64,000 nt of DNA from Raillietiella orientalis (lineage: Eukaryota): positions 1,674,001 through 1,738,000 of the forward strand of contig JAYWIR010000018.1 in assembly GCA_036172245.1 (NCBI GenBank), given 5' to 3'. A model generated the notes under the pieces. It had not been told where the DNA came from and ran no database searches. It saw only the letters and a list, made by a program, of their open reading frames with translations. Of the stretch, positions 1 through 10,628 are shown piece by piece (position 1 is the stretch's first letter; every line of letters starts with the position of its first letter). Position numbers and translations under genes: made by a program.

Positions 1-339
1 AAGCCGAGGTGTTCTCCGAGTGCCCCTCCCAAGTACTTCGTCGCGTTTCCTCTTGCTGCACCTTGTTGCTCTCCTCCTGCCCGGAGCGCGCGGAACCTCC
101 CTGGACGCGAAGCTCAGAGGAGCAGATCGTTCGAGCGCGGGGAAGAGTGGCTGCGGCAACATCGCGCAAGTGGCCGTTCAACGCGCCTTGCATACTATTG
201 CATCTTGCAGCCACCCGTGGAAGGAAGTGCCGCTCGTCGCGGCAAAGATTTGGACTGCCAGTGGTCCCTCGGTGCACACGCACAACTCTACTAATGAATC
301 CGGTCACGTGAATCAACCTCCAGAAGGGAAACTGCACGC

Positions 340-1698
340 GCGGTGCTAGTCTCCAGGTTGCCACGATACCGAGCAAATGGTAATCCATACGTCTTGCTTA
401 ATGAACGCATCCCTCCGGCACCTGTAGGAGGAACTATGTCCGCCGTGGAAACGAATTGCCAGTGGTCTCTGGGCACACACAGACGTTAAGAACTCCATTA
501 ATGAGACTGCCAACGTGAATGAACCTCCGGAGCAAACACGGCACTCGCGCAGTCACCACCGGCCCTCGAGAAAGGGATGGCCACGGTATCGCGCCGCGGA
601 ATTTCATTATGAAATCTAGCCGGTACTCAGACCGATATCCGTGGACCCCGGCCAAGAGGAATTATTAAGAGGAAGATCGGACCGCCTTCTTCTCTCAGAA
701 GGAGAAGCTTCGAGATATTGCCAGCACTTCGGACGGCTCGCGTCACTCGCTGGACGGTGGGACCTCCCGCTACTTTCTTCGTCATTGTGCGGTTGCTTCT
801 GCAGCTCACCGCCGAATCTCCCTCGGGTCCGCCGCTCGTGCCATCGGCGTAGATGCGACCTGAGAGGCCCGGAGGTGGTGGTCAGAAATCGTCGGCAGTG
901 CAGGATTGATCTGGAATCGATCCAGTGCCGCTGGAACGCGGCGTTTCATTCCGGAACATCCGCAGAGTCTTCTGGCTAGGATCGCCCTTTACGTGTCCTT
1001 CCGTGAGGAAGCTTGCGGCACGATTCGCAGCTTGCGAACCCACGTACATCAGCATCCATCATTTCTGCATCATTTTGGCATTCACGCCAGGAGCACGTTC
1101 GTTAGCACGCCTTCCTGATTTGCAAAGAGACCAAACACCAGCGATGACGTCGATTGTTAGGATGCCGAGATAATCAGCACCGTCGTCCGGCATCGGGCTG
1201 CGAACTTTGCCAGAAGTAGAAATCCGGCAGCCAATCAACGACACGATTAGCAGATCTTATCGCTACCGTGCATGCGTGCTTGCGTTGAAACCATTGCAAG
1301 GCTGCGAGATACGTTTCTCACCATCTTCGCAGCATCTCTTGAGGAAGCCGCGGCTTTGGGAACATCAACCGATGCTTCCGGCCTAGGTCGCGCGACTGGA
1401 GTATCCGAAGCACTTCGTTCTTGAGGTGTGCCGCCCATCGCCTAGAGACGTGCAGCTTTTCCGCCACGCCGTCGCCTGTGATCCCAAGCATCCGACGACG
1501 ACGGCCGTCCGCGCGCTGAGGTGGCGGCTGCTGCTCATTTGGTGGAGGAGAGAAGAGCCGATCTTCGATGTTTGCTCCCTTCCTGCCGTCTGGAACGAGG
1601 CGCGCCAGGTACAGCTGACCCAAGCGCCCTACCACGTGGACTTCTCCGCTGAGACAGGCTGGTTTTACACCAGCTTGCGCCGGGGCGTTTATTTATAA
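340..1698 (+). mobile_element. Family B divergent ORF2-like pseudogene (thumb-like region, degenerate CxxC finger, C-terminus GWFYTSLRRGVYL*); may extend to the window start
   Basis: Homologous to 57477-58410(-) at DNA level (1370-1595) and at protein level (ERGVSF..GSPF..VRKL vs ERSVGF..GSSF..ALKL). RPERPGGGG sits at the position of the L1/Tx1 PxxxGGLG motif. The ORF ends at an A-run. Confidence 0.6.
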
Positions 1699-1910
1699 AA
1701 AAAAAAAAATAAACATACAGGTCTGTGGCAGCACCAAGCGTGCTGCCAAGACCTCATGTGGCAGCACCAAGCGTGCTGCCACGTTACATATACATACCAA
1801 AAGGAACCTGACGAGAACGGGCACATAGACCGGCAAGGTTCGCCTCGGCAGCAGAGGGGAGGGGGGGCAGACAAAGAAAGGAAAAGAAAACCAAAAATAC
1901 AAAAAATTGA
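1699..1910 (-). mobile_element. Family A 3' UTR fragment with duplicated terminal hairpin
   Basis: The reverse complement matches the other A 3' UTRs (T tract, ctgctgccgaggcgaacc, GTGGCAGCAC-loop-GTGCTGCCAC, T tail). Confidence 0.8.
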
Positions 1911-2600
1911 GAGGGTGGTGGGAATTCTTCGTGAAGACCTCATGTGCGGGCTCCCGGTGTTCTTAGACAGATGCACCTCTTCCTCCAGTGGAAGGAGTCG
2001 GAATGCCTGCTGTCGCACTGGGGTCTCCTACGCAACGCATGCCGGCATCGCTGGACCGGGCAGTGCGGTCTCGAACTGCTGCAGGTGCGGAGAAAGGCAA
2101 TTTCTCCCGCACCTGCTTGCGGACCGTGCTGCCTTTAGGGCCTTCATGGGAACGTTTCGCTACGGCCCCCCACATCCCAGTTGGCAATCCCAGAAACGTT
2201 TTCAGACTCCTCTCCGTGAGAAATGCACTGCGGCCAGCCGTCTCCGTAGCATTCGAGGGATGCTGCGGCTTGGAGCGAAGCCGGAAGAGAACCAGATGGA
2301 AGAGACATCATCTAGTTCTCTGTCCGCTTCCTGCGAATGGCAGTCAGATGGCTCCACCTGGGGAGAGTGCAGATGGAACTTGCCAGCATCCTACGAAGGA
2401 TAAAGGTGGTGTCCACAAGCAGAATTCGATCCCATCCCGTATCCCTCCACAGTTTTTTCAATTTAGTTTTATTTAGTTTTCTTATTTTCTTTTTGTTTTT
2501 TTTTTTGTTTGTCCCTCTCCCCCCTGTTGCCGCTGCGGGACAGCCCTCTCGATCCGGGCTGCCAGTTTGCCGCGTCTTCGTGTCTTTCGCGTTCCGTGTT
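1911..2600 (+). mobile_element. Family A 3' fragment (CCHC finger region and part of the 3' UTR)
   Basis: NCCRCGERQFLPHLLADRAAFR and the downstream T-rich UTR are homologous to 25900-26500(-) and 59500-60050(+). Confidence 0.85.
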
Positions 2601-2940
2601 CTCCATGCAGTGTCTGAGGGCGTGCTTGAAGGCTCCTCTCATACCACACACGCCTCTTACAGATGCCATGAAGATGCCATCCCTTGCACAGACAGCACGG
2701 TGAGCCTCACCACCCTAAGGTTGGCTGGACTCGAAATTAGGCCGCGAGGAACCCTCAGTGTGACTTCCATTCGGGAAAGACCCGTTGCTAGCTTTCCGAG
2801 TTGCCTCAGAAACGAAGGTTATCATAGCTGGCGATCACAGGCAGACAGGAGATAGGAACGAACACGAGGCACCCTCCCGTAGTCGGCCATTAGATAGTCA
2901 TGGGTACAGGGGTGCTCCCACGGTCTGATGGATCGCCCAA

Positions 2941-3193
2941 AAGCAGTCCCCGGTGCAGACGCGGTCAGGCGTCGCGCTCGCACGCTCCACCGCGTCACCC
3001 CCCGCATGCGGAAGAGATGCTTCGCTTTCGAGATCCCCGCCGCCGCGGAATGGAGGGAGGCTCAGGGTCCCGCCTACGTCTGGAGCGGGAGCCCCTCCCG
3101 CCGTTCCGGGAAGGGAAGGGTGGAGGAGAAAGGGGGCGGCGAGGGTCCGTCGTTGTTGGCTCCTTCGGGCCGACTCAGGTCCAGCCGAAACGC
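2941..3193 (+). repeat. Dispersed repeat of about 250 bp, diverged inverted copy at 7324-7578
   Basis: Shared peptides such as ADAVRRR.RTLHRVTPRMRK.C.AFEIPAAA.WREAQGPAY.WSGSPSRRSGKGRVEEK in both places. Confidence 0.9.
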
Positions 3194-3667
3194 CTGCGCG
3201 CCGACTCCGCGAGTCCGTGGCTGGGTGCTCTCGGAGGCGGCTGAGCAGCAATGAGGTCTAGAGGGTGGACGCTCCGGGTCAGGGGCCAGCGGTTCCCTTG
3301 CTGCTTTTCCGCGCCGAGAGAACGGAAAAGTGCCCCTTGGAGGTGTATCGGCAGCGGGCGACCCGCAGAAGCCGCTTGCCTACCTGCCTCGCACCCTTCC
3401 CCCGAGGCGAGTGCGACCCGACCAGAAGCGGGGCACTCGCCCTCGATCGCGTCTTCCTAAAGTCATCGTCAAGCCTCCTCCCCCCTCCCGTTCTCTAACA
3501 ATCCACTAAATGGAAGTCTTCGGAGAATGGGAGTTCGCATCCCGAGAGCCTGGGGGGAAAAAAAGGAAAAAGAGAGATGTCTGGCGGGAAGCTGCAATTT
3601 GTCATCTGCGGTGTTCCAGCGCAGATGTCGGCCTGCTGCCAGTCACATCTGAAATCGCAGGTTCGTC

Positions 3668-4300
3668 ATGTCTGATCGCAGCAGCGCGGAAGTGAATCAT
3701 TCGGCAGGACCGGGATCCAGCACGGATGGGTACCTCCGGATCAAGGATTCGTGGGTGGTCCGATTTGCTTGCGCGGGGGATGCTATTTTGTCCTCATCGC
3801 TCATCTTATTCATATTTCCTGTCGGAATTTATGGATCCCGCAAGGGAACGCGACGAAGAGGAACGTTTTATTGCTCCGGGTCCTGGATCTCTCGAAAGCG
3901 TGCAGGGGAGCGAGTGCCAAAACACGGGACAGTGCGCAGCGTCCCGAATTTTTCTTTTCTTGTTCCTGAAGGAAAACAAGGTCAGGCGTTTGGTTGTGCT
4001 AGCAGGGGGAAGGAGGGGGTCTGCGGTGCTCCGCTGGCTCCCTGTCTCCAAGGACAAAATTACGGAAGAGTGATGTTCGCGGAGTCGGGTTCTTCGGGAC
4101 GCAAAGGACACGTGAGCGACCGAAATAGTTACGAGGAATGCAGGTGCGAAAAGGAGGAGGAAGAAGAAGAAGTCGCTGTAGCTCTTCGACGGTGGCATTT
4201 GATTAGCGGAGGGATCTTTCGGGAATACGGTCCATTTGCTCGGATGAAAGTTTCGTCATCATCGCTTCTTATGAAAGAGCAGGCGAGCAGAAACGGGCGT
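3668..4300 (+). pseudogene. Possible decayed ORF1 (RRM-like) fragment
   Basis: SWVVRFACAGDA and PKHGTVRSV resemble L1/Tx1 ORF1 patterns (VxFxxxxxA, YGxVxxI); by eye only. Confidence 0.35.
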
Positions 4301-5879
4301 GCGGGCTCTACGTTCGGCTTCGGAGAAAGGGGGCAGGCAGCCCACGACTGGAAATGAAAGTGGTTGCCTTCGGGAAACCAGAAAAACCCAGGATTTCGCG
4401 AGAAATGGAAAGGAAACGGGGCTTCCCTCGTGCTGGGAGCCGCCGCCGTCCTTTTGCCAGCGCTCACCTCCATCATGCGGATGCCCCGCTTGGCGCTCCG
4501 CGTGACCTTGGAGAGAGAGGAAAGTTCCCCGCTGGCCGGGTTTTGATGGCGGCTTTCCTGACCACCAGCGCCGGAACCAAACGAACGCCGTACTTGCGAG
4601 GCCGCTGCTCGCTCTCCTTCTGAGCCGAGATCCGGATGTTGCTGTTTCGCAAACGGGGCGGCTCTGGCGAATCCGCGTCGCATCCGGCCCGGACGGAGAA
4701 GGTTGCGACCGCGCGTCAAAGAGGTTGCTTCGCCCGCGTTGCCTGTCGGGCGGCCGCGCGCGGCGCCAGGCGGGCCGAATACCAGTGAGGATCGACGCCA
4801 AGCTGGATGCGTCGCCGATCATTCCGAGTCTCCCCGCAAGATGACGCTGGGATGGCCTTCCAGGATTGCGCATCCCGTAGGACGCGTTCGCGACCCCGGC
4901 TGGACGGCTTGCTGACTAGCAGGGAATGGGAATCGGAAGTAGTCCCTTTAGGGTCCCTTGACGCGCACCCCGGGTGCGTGATGATGCGGGAGAGGTCGTA
5001 ATGTGGCGGCGCTGTGATCCTCTATAGGAAGATCACAGCACCGCACAGGCAACGAGTACTCGGCGAACCAAACAAGTCGTCTCTTTACGAGAGTCTTTCG
5101 CTTCAAGCTCGCGGCTGCGACGTGAATACCCGGGCTTCTTTTCAAGAACCCCTTGGCAGGTGGAGCTCGGGGATACCGAAGCTAGGGAAGAAGGGAGGCG
5201 GGCCTTAGCGGGTCGGTACGAAACGACGTGAACACAACGTAGCTGCATCCTCCTCGCGCGTGTTATGGGCCTGCGGGAAAAAGGACCCCTCAGAGAAGCT
5301 CCGTGATGGCCGAAAGTGGCCTTTCGGTCACCACACGCGTATCTCCACGTGCAAGAGGAAAGAGATGTGCGCCCATGTGCCTGCACTACACCTGCTCCGA
5401 AGAGCCGAGACTTCATCTGCGAGGCGCTTGGGGGCGGCTGGCGGTTCGAAAACGCACGCATTTTCTAGCTTCGCGATGGGCGGAAAGGAGGAAACTCCTC
5501 TTCTCCGAAGGGAACCCGTAAAGGATCAGCCCTTTGACACTGTCCACGCCACCCAAGAGGGTGCATGTAACTCTTCAGGATAGGGGGTACTCCGGGAGGG
5601 GACCATCCTATGCATCCAGGAAGGACTCCGGTGGAAGGAGTCCGTTTCTCTCACGCTTGGGAGGAAACCTTGAAGCTTGTTTCCTCCTCTGAAGAGAACG
5701 CCGAAGGGACGCCAACCAATATCTTTGAGGGGAGCTTCCCGAAGGAAGCGGCAAGCGGCACGCTTCTGGACACTCAACTCTATGGTACGAGACGGAGGGT
5801 CCCCCCCGAGAGAGTGGGCAGACGGCCCCATTTTCACAACCAGAAGAAAAACCCCGAAGGAAGCAGCTCCTTGATTCCT

Positions 5880-6367
5880 GGAAGGACTCCCGGAGGGTTA
5901 ACTTCCAATCCCGCAACGCCAGAGACGTTTTCAAGCGCCTCTTCCTGTGCGACGCCCTCACGCCGGCCGCATCCCTAGCAGCAGCACTTTGTTGCCTAGG
6001 GGGATCGTGGTTGCACGGAGCAGCAACGCCAGAGGAGGCCAGGACGACAGGGACGCCATCTAGTCTGCTGTCTTCTTCATGAGGACAGCGTCAAGATGGC
6101 CCCATCTGGGAGTCTTGAAACAGGAACTTGCGGGCATCCTTAGAAGGATGCAGAGGACGTCCTCCAGCACACAGTGATCCCTTCCCGAGCCCCCCCCATT
6201 TTTTGACTGCATTTTTCCGTTTTATTTTCTTTTTCTTTTTGTCTGTCTCCCCTTCCCCTGTGCTGCCGAGGAGAACCCTCTGGCCTGCGTGCCAGTTCCC
6301 AGCAAGTTGCTTCTCGTGTTTATAAGTAACGTGGCAGGATCAAACGTCCTGCCATAGACGTTATTTT
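5880..6367 (+). mobile_element. Family A 3' fragment (ORF2 C-terminus and complete 3' UTR)
   Basis: RDVFKRLFLCDALTPAASLAAALCCL matches RLLFVRDALHPAAAVAALCCI of the other copies; both UTR hairpins are present (6280-6295, 6331-6355). Confidence 0.85.
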
Positions 6368-6660
6368 TTATAAATAGAGACCCGGTCTCAACCATTGCCG
6401 CACCTGAAATCTGTAGACCAATCGGCGTCATCTTGCAAGGGGCGAAGGGGGATTGGAACCCACGACGTGAGCATTTCTCGGAATCGATCCTTTCCCCCGG
6501 ATGGAATTCGAACTCTCAACGCTTGGTGCGAGGCGCGGAGACCACAACCATACGGCCGCCAAACGCAGGTTTCTGCGAAACGATGCTAAAGATCTTATCC
6601 AGTCATCCGTCGCGCGCAGAATTCGGGCGGCAGGACCTGAAGCAGCACGCATCCAGTCCT
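6368..6660 (-). mobile_element. Family B 3' end (..QWLRPGLYL*)
   Basis: Stop TAA at 6368-6370 abuts the A 3' tail. The terminal motif resembles LRRGVYL*; upstream similarity is weak. Confidence 0.45.
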
Positions 6661-7323
6661 GGAAACGCTCGCGAAGAACTCCACGTGCTCGAGCAAATTT
6701 CCTCTAAAAGATCCCCTTTCCAGAGATTCTCTCGCAGAGGTAGGCGCCACCGCTAAGAGTAGGAGTTGCTGGAAACCAGCAAACCCAGGAAGGTAGGGAG
6801 TTCAGGACTCCTGCTGTCTCACCTCGATCACGGGGCTGCTGTACCCCATCGGAAACCGGGAACCAACAAATTCGATTACGAGAGCCTAGGATTGCAAGGG
6901 ATTGGGCTCCAGAAGATGGGGCAGAGGTCCGTGGGATAGCAAGGCGGCGCCGTGTGGCGGTCCGCCGAGGCACGTGGAGTCCTCCACCACGCGCCGCCAC
7001 TCCGAAAGGATCTACCAGAAGCACAAGGGTGGCACACCGGCGGAAGGGAAGGAATGACGGGACACGTTGAGGGGATATCCAGACAGCTGAGTGAGCGATA
7101 CTTCTAATGGGGGTAGAGGGGTCAGAGGTGGTCTGTAAGAAGCACCCAGGGAGAAGTGTCTTCGTCTAGCCTCCTCTCCGAGGCAGCGACTTCCATGGAA
7201 TCGTTAGGAAAAGCAGATGCATCCGAGAAGAACTCAGAGTGATACTTCGTCCACTCTTCCCTTGACAGTTTCCGACCGTCGATCCTCGATGGCTTTCGGT
7301 TCGAAGGTCCCAGAGGCCCGAGA

Positions 7324-7578
7324 GCGTTTCGGCTGGACCTAAGTCGACCCGGAGGAGCCGACAACGGCGGGCCCGCGCCGCCCCCTCTTTCTCCTCCACT
7401 CTTCCCTTCCCGGAACGGCGGGAGGGACTCCCACTCCAGGGGTAGGCAGGACCCTGCGCCTCTCTCCAACCCGCGGCGGCGGGAATCTCGAAAGCGGAGC
7501 ATTTCTTCCGCATGCGAGGGGTGACGCGGTGGAGCGTGCGAGAGCGACGCCTGACCGCGTCTGCACTGAGGGCTGCTC
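7324..7578 (-). repeat. Second copy of the 2941-3193 repeat
   Basis: Reverse-complement match by eye. Confidence 0.9.
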
Positions 7579-7779
7579 TCGAACGGTTCCAAAAGATTCG
7601 AAAGCGGTTGGAAGCGCGTGCGGTGCGTTGTTCTTTCTTATCTTGATCTCTTTCTTCCACAGTTGTTTCCAAGAACAGTTCCTTTGATTCCCTGGAAGGA
7701 CTCAGGATTCCTCTGAAGCATTTAGAGGAATCTCGAGTCGGAATGCTCCCGCCACGTTGATCTCCTTTGTTTCTTCTTT

Positions 7780-8966
7780 CAAGGAGATGGTTGCGCTGGT
7801 TCATTCTGCTCGTCTGGGAGATAGGTTGTGGCTGGAATGCTCTGGTCGTCATTCACAGGAGAAAGGTAAAGCCGTCGACATTGGTGCACACTTTTTGCCG
7901 CAGAGGAAACTCCTGGAACCCGAGGTGCCATCTATGAATCGGCATCCGAAATGTTCTTCTGCATCCGAATTCTACTCCCAAGCTTTCAAGGTTTCGCATT
8001 CCGGACCGTGCTTGTCTCGTCGCTGGGACGCAAATGCTGCTTTTCGGGTGCCGGATGGAAGTTTGGACCTGTCCGAGACGGAACAATTGGGACGGGCGAT
8101 TGCCGGTCCATCTGGAGCACTTGCGGGTGCTTAAATCTCTGGCTAACGAATGAAGTCTGTTTGAATGACTGAGCAGAGGGGATAATGAGAACACCTAGGG
8201 TGAAGGAAAAACCCACAGTATTCAACATCGCAATTGTTGATGAAAATCGAGCGCTGCTAATTGGTGTCTCAGGAGAGGATAGCCGGAGGGTGCTTAATGG
8301 TACGGAGCCGGAGAAAGCTGAGGGCTTGACTTCCAGGTGGGGAAGATTTCGTGATCGAATCCAAGAGATCACTGAGAGTAAAATGGCTCAAAGTAAATTT
8401 CTCTCGGAAGCGCTCAAATTTGGGAAGCGATTGATGTCCGAGTTCTCCATCCGTAAGAGTCGAGAGGTAAGCCGGACGGCGAAAATTGCAGCGTATGCAG
8501 GAAGGAGTTGCCGAAAGGTAAGCAGCAGCTCTCGAACTGAGGTCCTATAGCGAGGACACGGAATTTGGAAGCACCAAATCAACGTCCTCGCGAATTCAAG
8601 GATCGTTTTCGCACGAAAATCACTAAATGATGATCCAATCTCTTCGTGGACTCCTCTTTTCGTTCACCATTCTTTCTTTTGTTTGTCCTTTTGTTCATTT
8701 TCAGTCCGAAGTCATTAACTGCTAAAACCATCCGCCTGCGCCGGTGGGGTCCTCTCCTTAATCTGACCTCTAATTTCAACCCGCGAAAACTTGATGTGCA
8801 GTCCGTGAGACAGATCACTTTTCTCGTCGCTGATGGACAGAAATGTTTAGATTTCTTGAAGACAGCTGACAATCCTACCCTCATGGGGCTATAGTCTCAT
8901 CTCGATCTTACGAACTCTGGAGAATGGCTCCACAGGAATCTGTGCAAGCAAGATTTTCATTTTCAT
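7780..8966 (-). pseudogene. Degenerate ORF2-like N-terminal region (endonuclease-like remnants and RT regions 0-1), probably family B
   Basis: Ordered non-canonical motifs: MKILLAQI (8966), KVICLTD, LAVNDF, LDHHLV, LSTRKCSRWTG (cf. LKRRKAPGEDG) and CTNVDG (cf. IVNVDA). Endonuclease motif spacing is much shorter than in a normal APE domain. Confidence 0.45.
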
Positions 8967-9769
8967 CCCTCCCTCTCCCCTCCCCCTTCCATCTCGTGAG
9001 TGCCAAGTTCTTTGAATTGAGCGATCAGCACTTCTCACGCCAGCTCTGTAGTCCGCAGCCCTCCCATGTTGGTTTGCGCCTGTTGCAGAACTGTTTCCGC
9101 TTCCCAATGATGAAAGCCGGCTGCCAGTTTAACACGCTCGAAGCATCAACTCAAGAGAGGCACGAATTTCAGTAGCCACTCGACTCCGGAAGACCTGAGG
9201 GACGCTCTTTGGAAGGTGATGATCCCTTCCTCGGTTCGCCGCAGCCCCGACCTCGGAAATCGCCGACTCCTTTTAACCTGAAAATCTGGAGAAGATTCTT
9301 TCTCGAATCCTCTCGGTTCTCCGCGCTGCATGCCGGTGGAGCCATCATCGCCTGCTGTCCGTTCGCGTCGCGCCGACGTCCGGACTTTTCCTCCGCTTCC
9401 AAGAAGAATCCTCACTGTATTCTGATGGATACAGTGGAGATTCTTCTTGTTCTGCCTGTTCTGTTCTTGCATTTCCTCCTTGTTCTAAGCTCGGTTACGT
9501 TCTTTCACCTCGATGCATTTCAGAGTCATCGCAGCCGACACTTCCAAGCCTTCGATTGTGGTTTCCTCGATGCTTTCAGGAAGATTCCTCTAGTCCTCCT
9601 GGAGAGCGGGTCGCTCCGAATCACCGAAGTCGAATTCGCAGCCTCTGTAAAATTTTGGCCGACCCTGGCTGACACACCCCTTGCTGTAGCTCTGTCTGCC
9701 CCGAGGGCAAGGGACGACAGCTACTAACTGGCGAGGCGGAACTTTTCCTGCGCCATCGCGGGAAGGACG

Positions 9770-10628
9770 GCTCCTTGATGGCTGGAATACGCACGAGTTG
9801 GTGGATGCCGCCACTCCGCGCACTCTAGCTACGGGACTCCTTTGGGGGAGTCAACTTGTGATCCCTCCTCAATGTTTGAACGCCCCTGTGTTCTCGCTGT
9901 CCTGGAATCAGACCGTGATGCTCTTTCCGCACTGGGAACTCCAGTGCAATCGGAGCCTGCACCCTGTTTCTGAAGGGACCGCATCTCCGAACCGTGCGGG
10001 GCAGGTGCGGGTCGGTGGAGTCGATCCGGAGTCTGCTTTTGGACTTCGGTAACCTCGGGGAACTATGGCGAAGGAGGCTGACTTCAGCGCTTTTGCACCG
10101 CATGACCTGCTGCGGAGGTTCTTCGTACATCCGAAGGACGAGATGTTGCATCCGCTCCATCACCACGGTCCGCCATGTGCTCGCGATGCAGACGCAGTCA
10201 AGGGAGGTCACCACGATGGCAGTCGCCTACACGAGGACGGCTGCGAGGTGGTTTCGTCTGCAAGAGGAAGACAAGGAGATCGGCGGCATTCAGCACCGGC
10301 TCTAAAAAAAAAAAAGGAACGGACGACACTGCAAATCCCTGACCTCGCCCTCCTCTTATTTATTTTCATTTCATTTTTTCTCACCTCCTCCCACCCGTTC
10401 CGGACTTTCCCGGTTTTTTATTTCTCAAGGGGAACCGCACCAAAGGCCCTTGCCCTATCCTTCTCGTGTTTCCACATGTATTTGTTGTACGTTCCCTTCT
10501 GGAGACAAGAGAGAAGGGACTCCCGTTTCCTGACTCTTAGAGATCCCGACCCGCCTGCCGGTGGGCCCTCCCCCTCAACTTCGTCTTCAGTTAGCAACCA
10601 GTGTGTTCTCAGCTGGTTCATTTTCATG
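9770..10628 (+). mobile_element. Family A, divergent subfamily A2, 3' fragment
   Basis: ELVDAATPRTLATGLLWG, PHWELQCN and RCGSVESIRSLLLD align to A; the C-terminus REVTTMAVAYTRTAARWFRLQEEDKEIGGIQHRL* matches 62279-62650. Confidence 0.75.

Noticed and set aside
1471..1492. Alu/7SL-like CGCCTGTGATCCCAAGCA
   Set aside because: Short match lying inside family B coding sequence, with no flanking 7SL similarity.
6440..6525. tRNA T-arm/B-box-like motifs on the minus strand (GGTTCCAATCCC, GAGTTCGAATTCC)
   Set aside because: No cloverleaf, A box or proper acceptor stem at the right distance.
8185..8550. Protein-like 121-aa ORF on the + strand
   Set aside because: Best explained as the antisense shadow of the minus-strand ORF2-like remnant.
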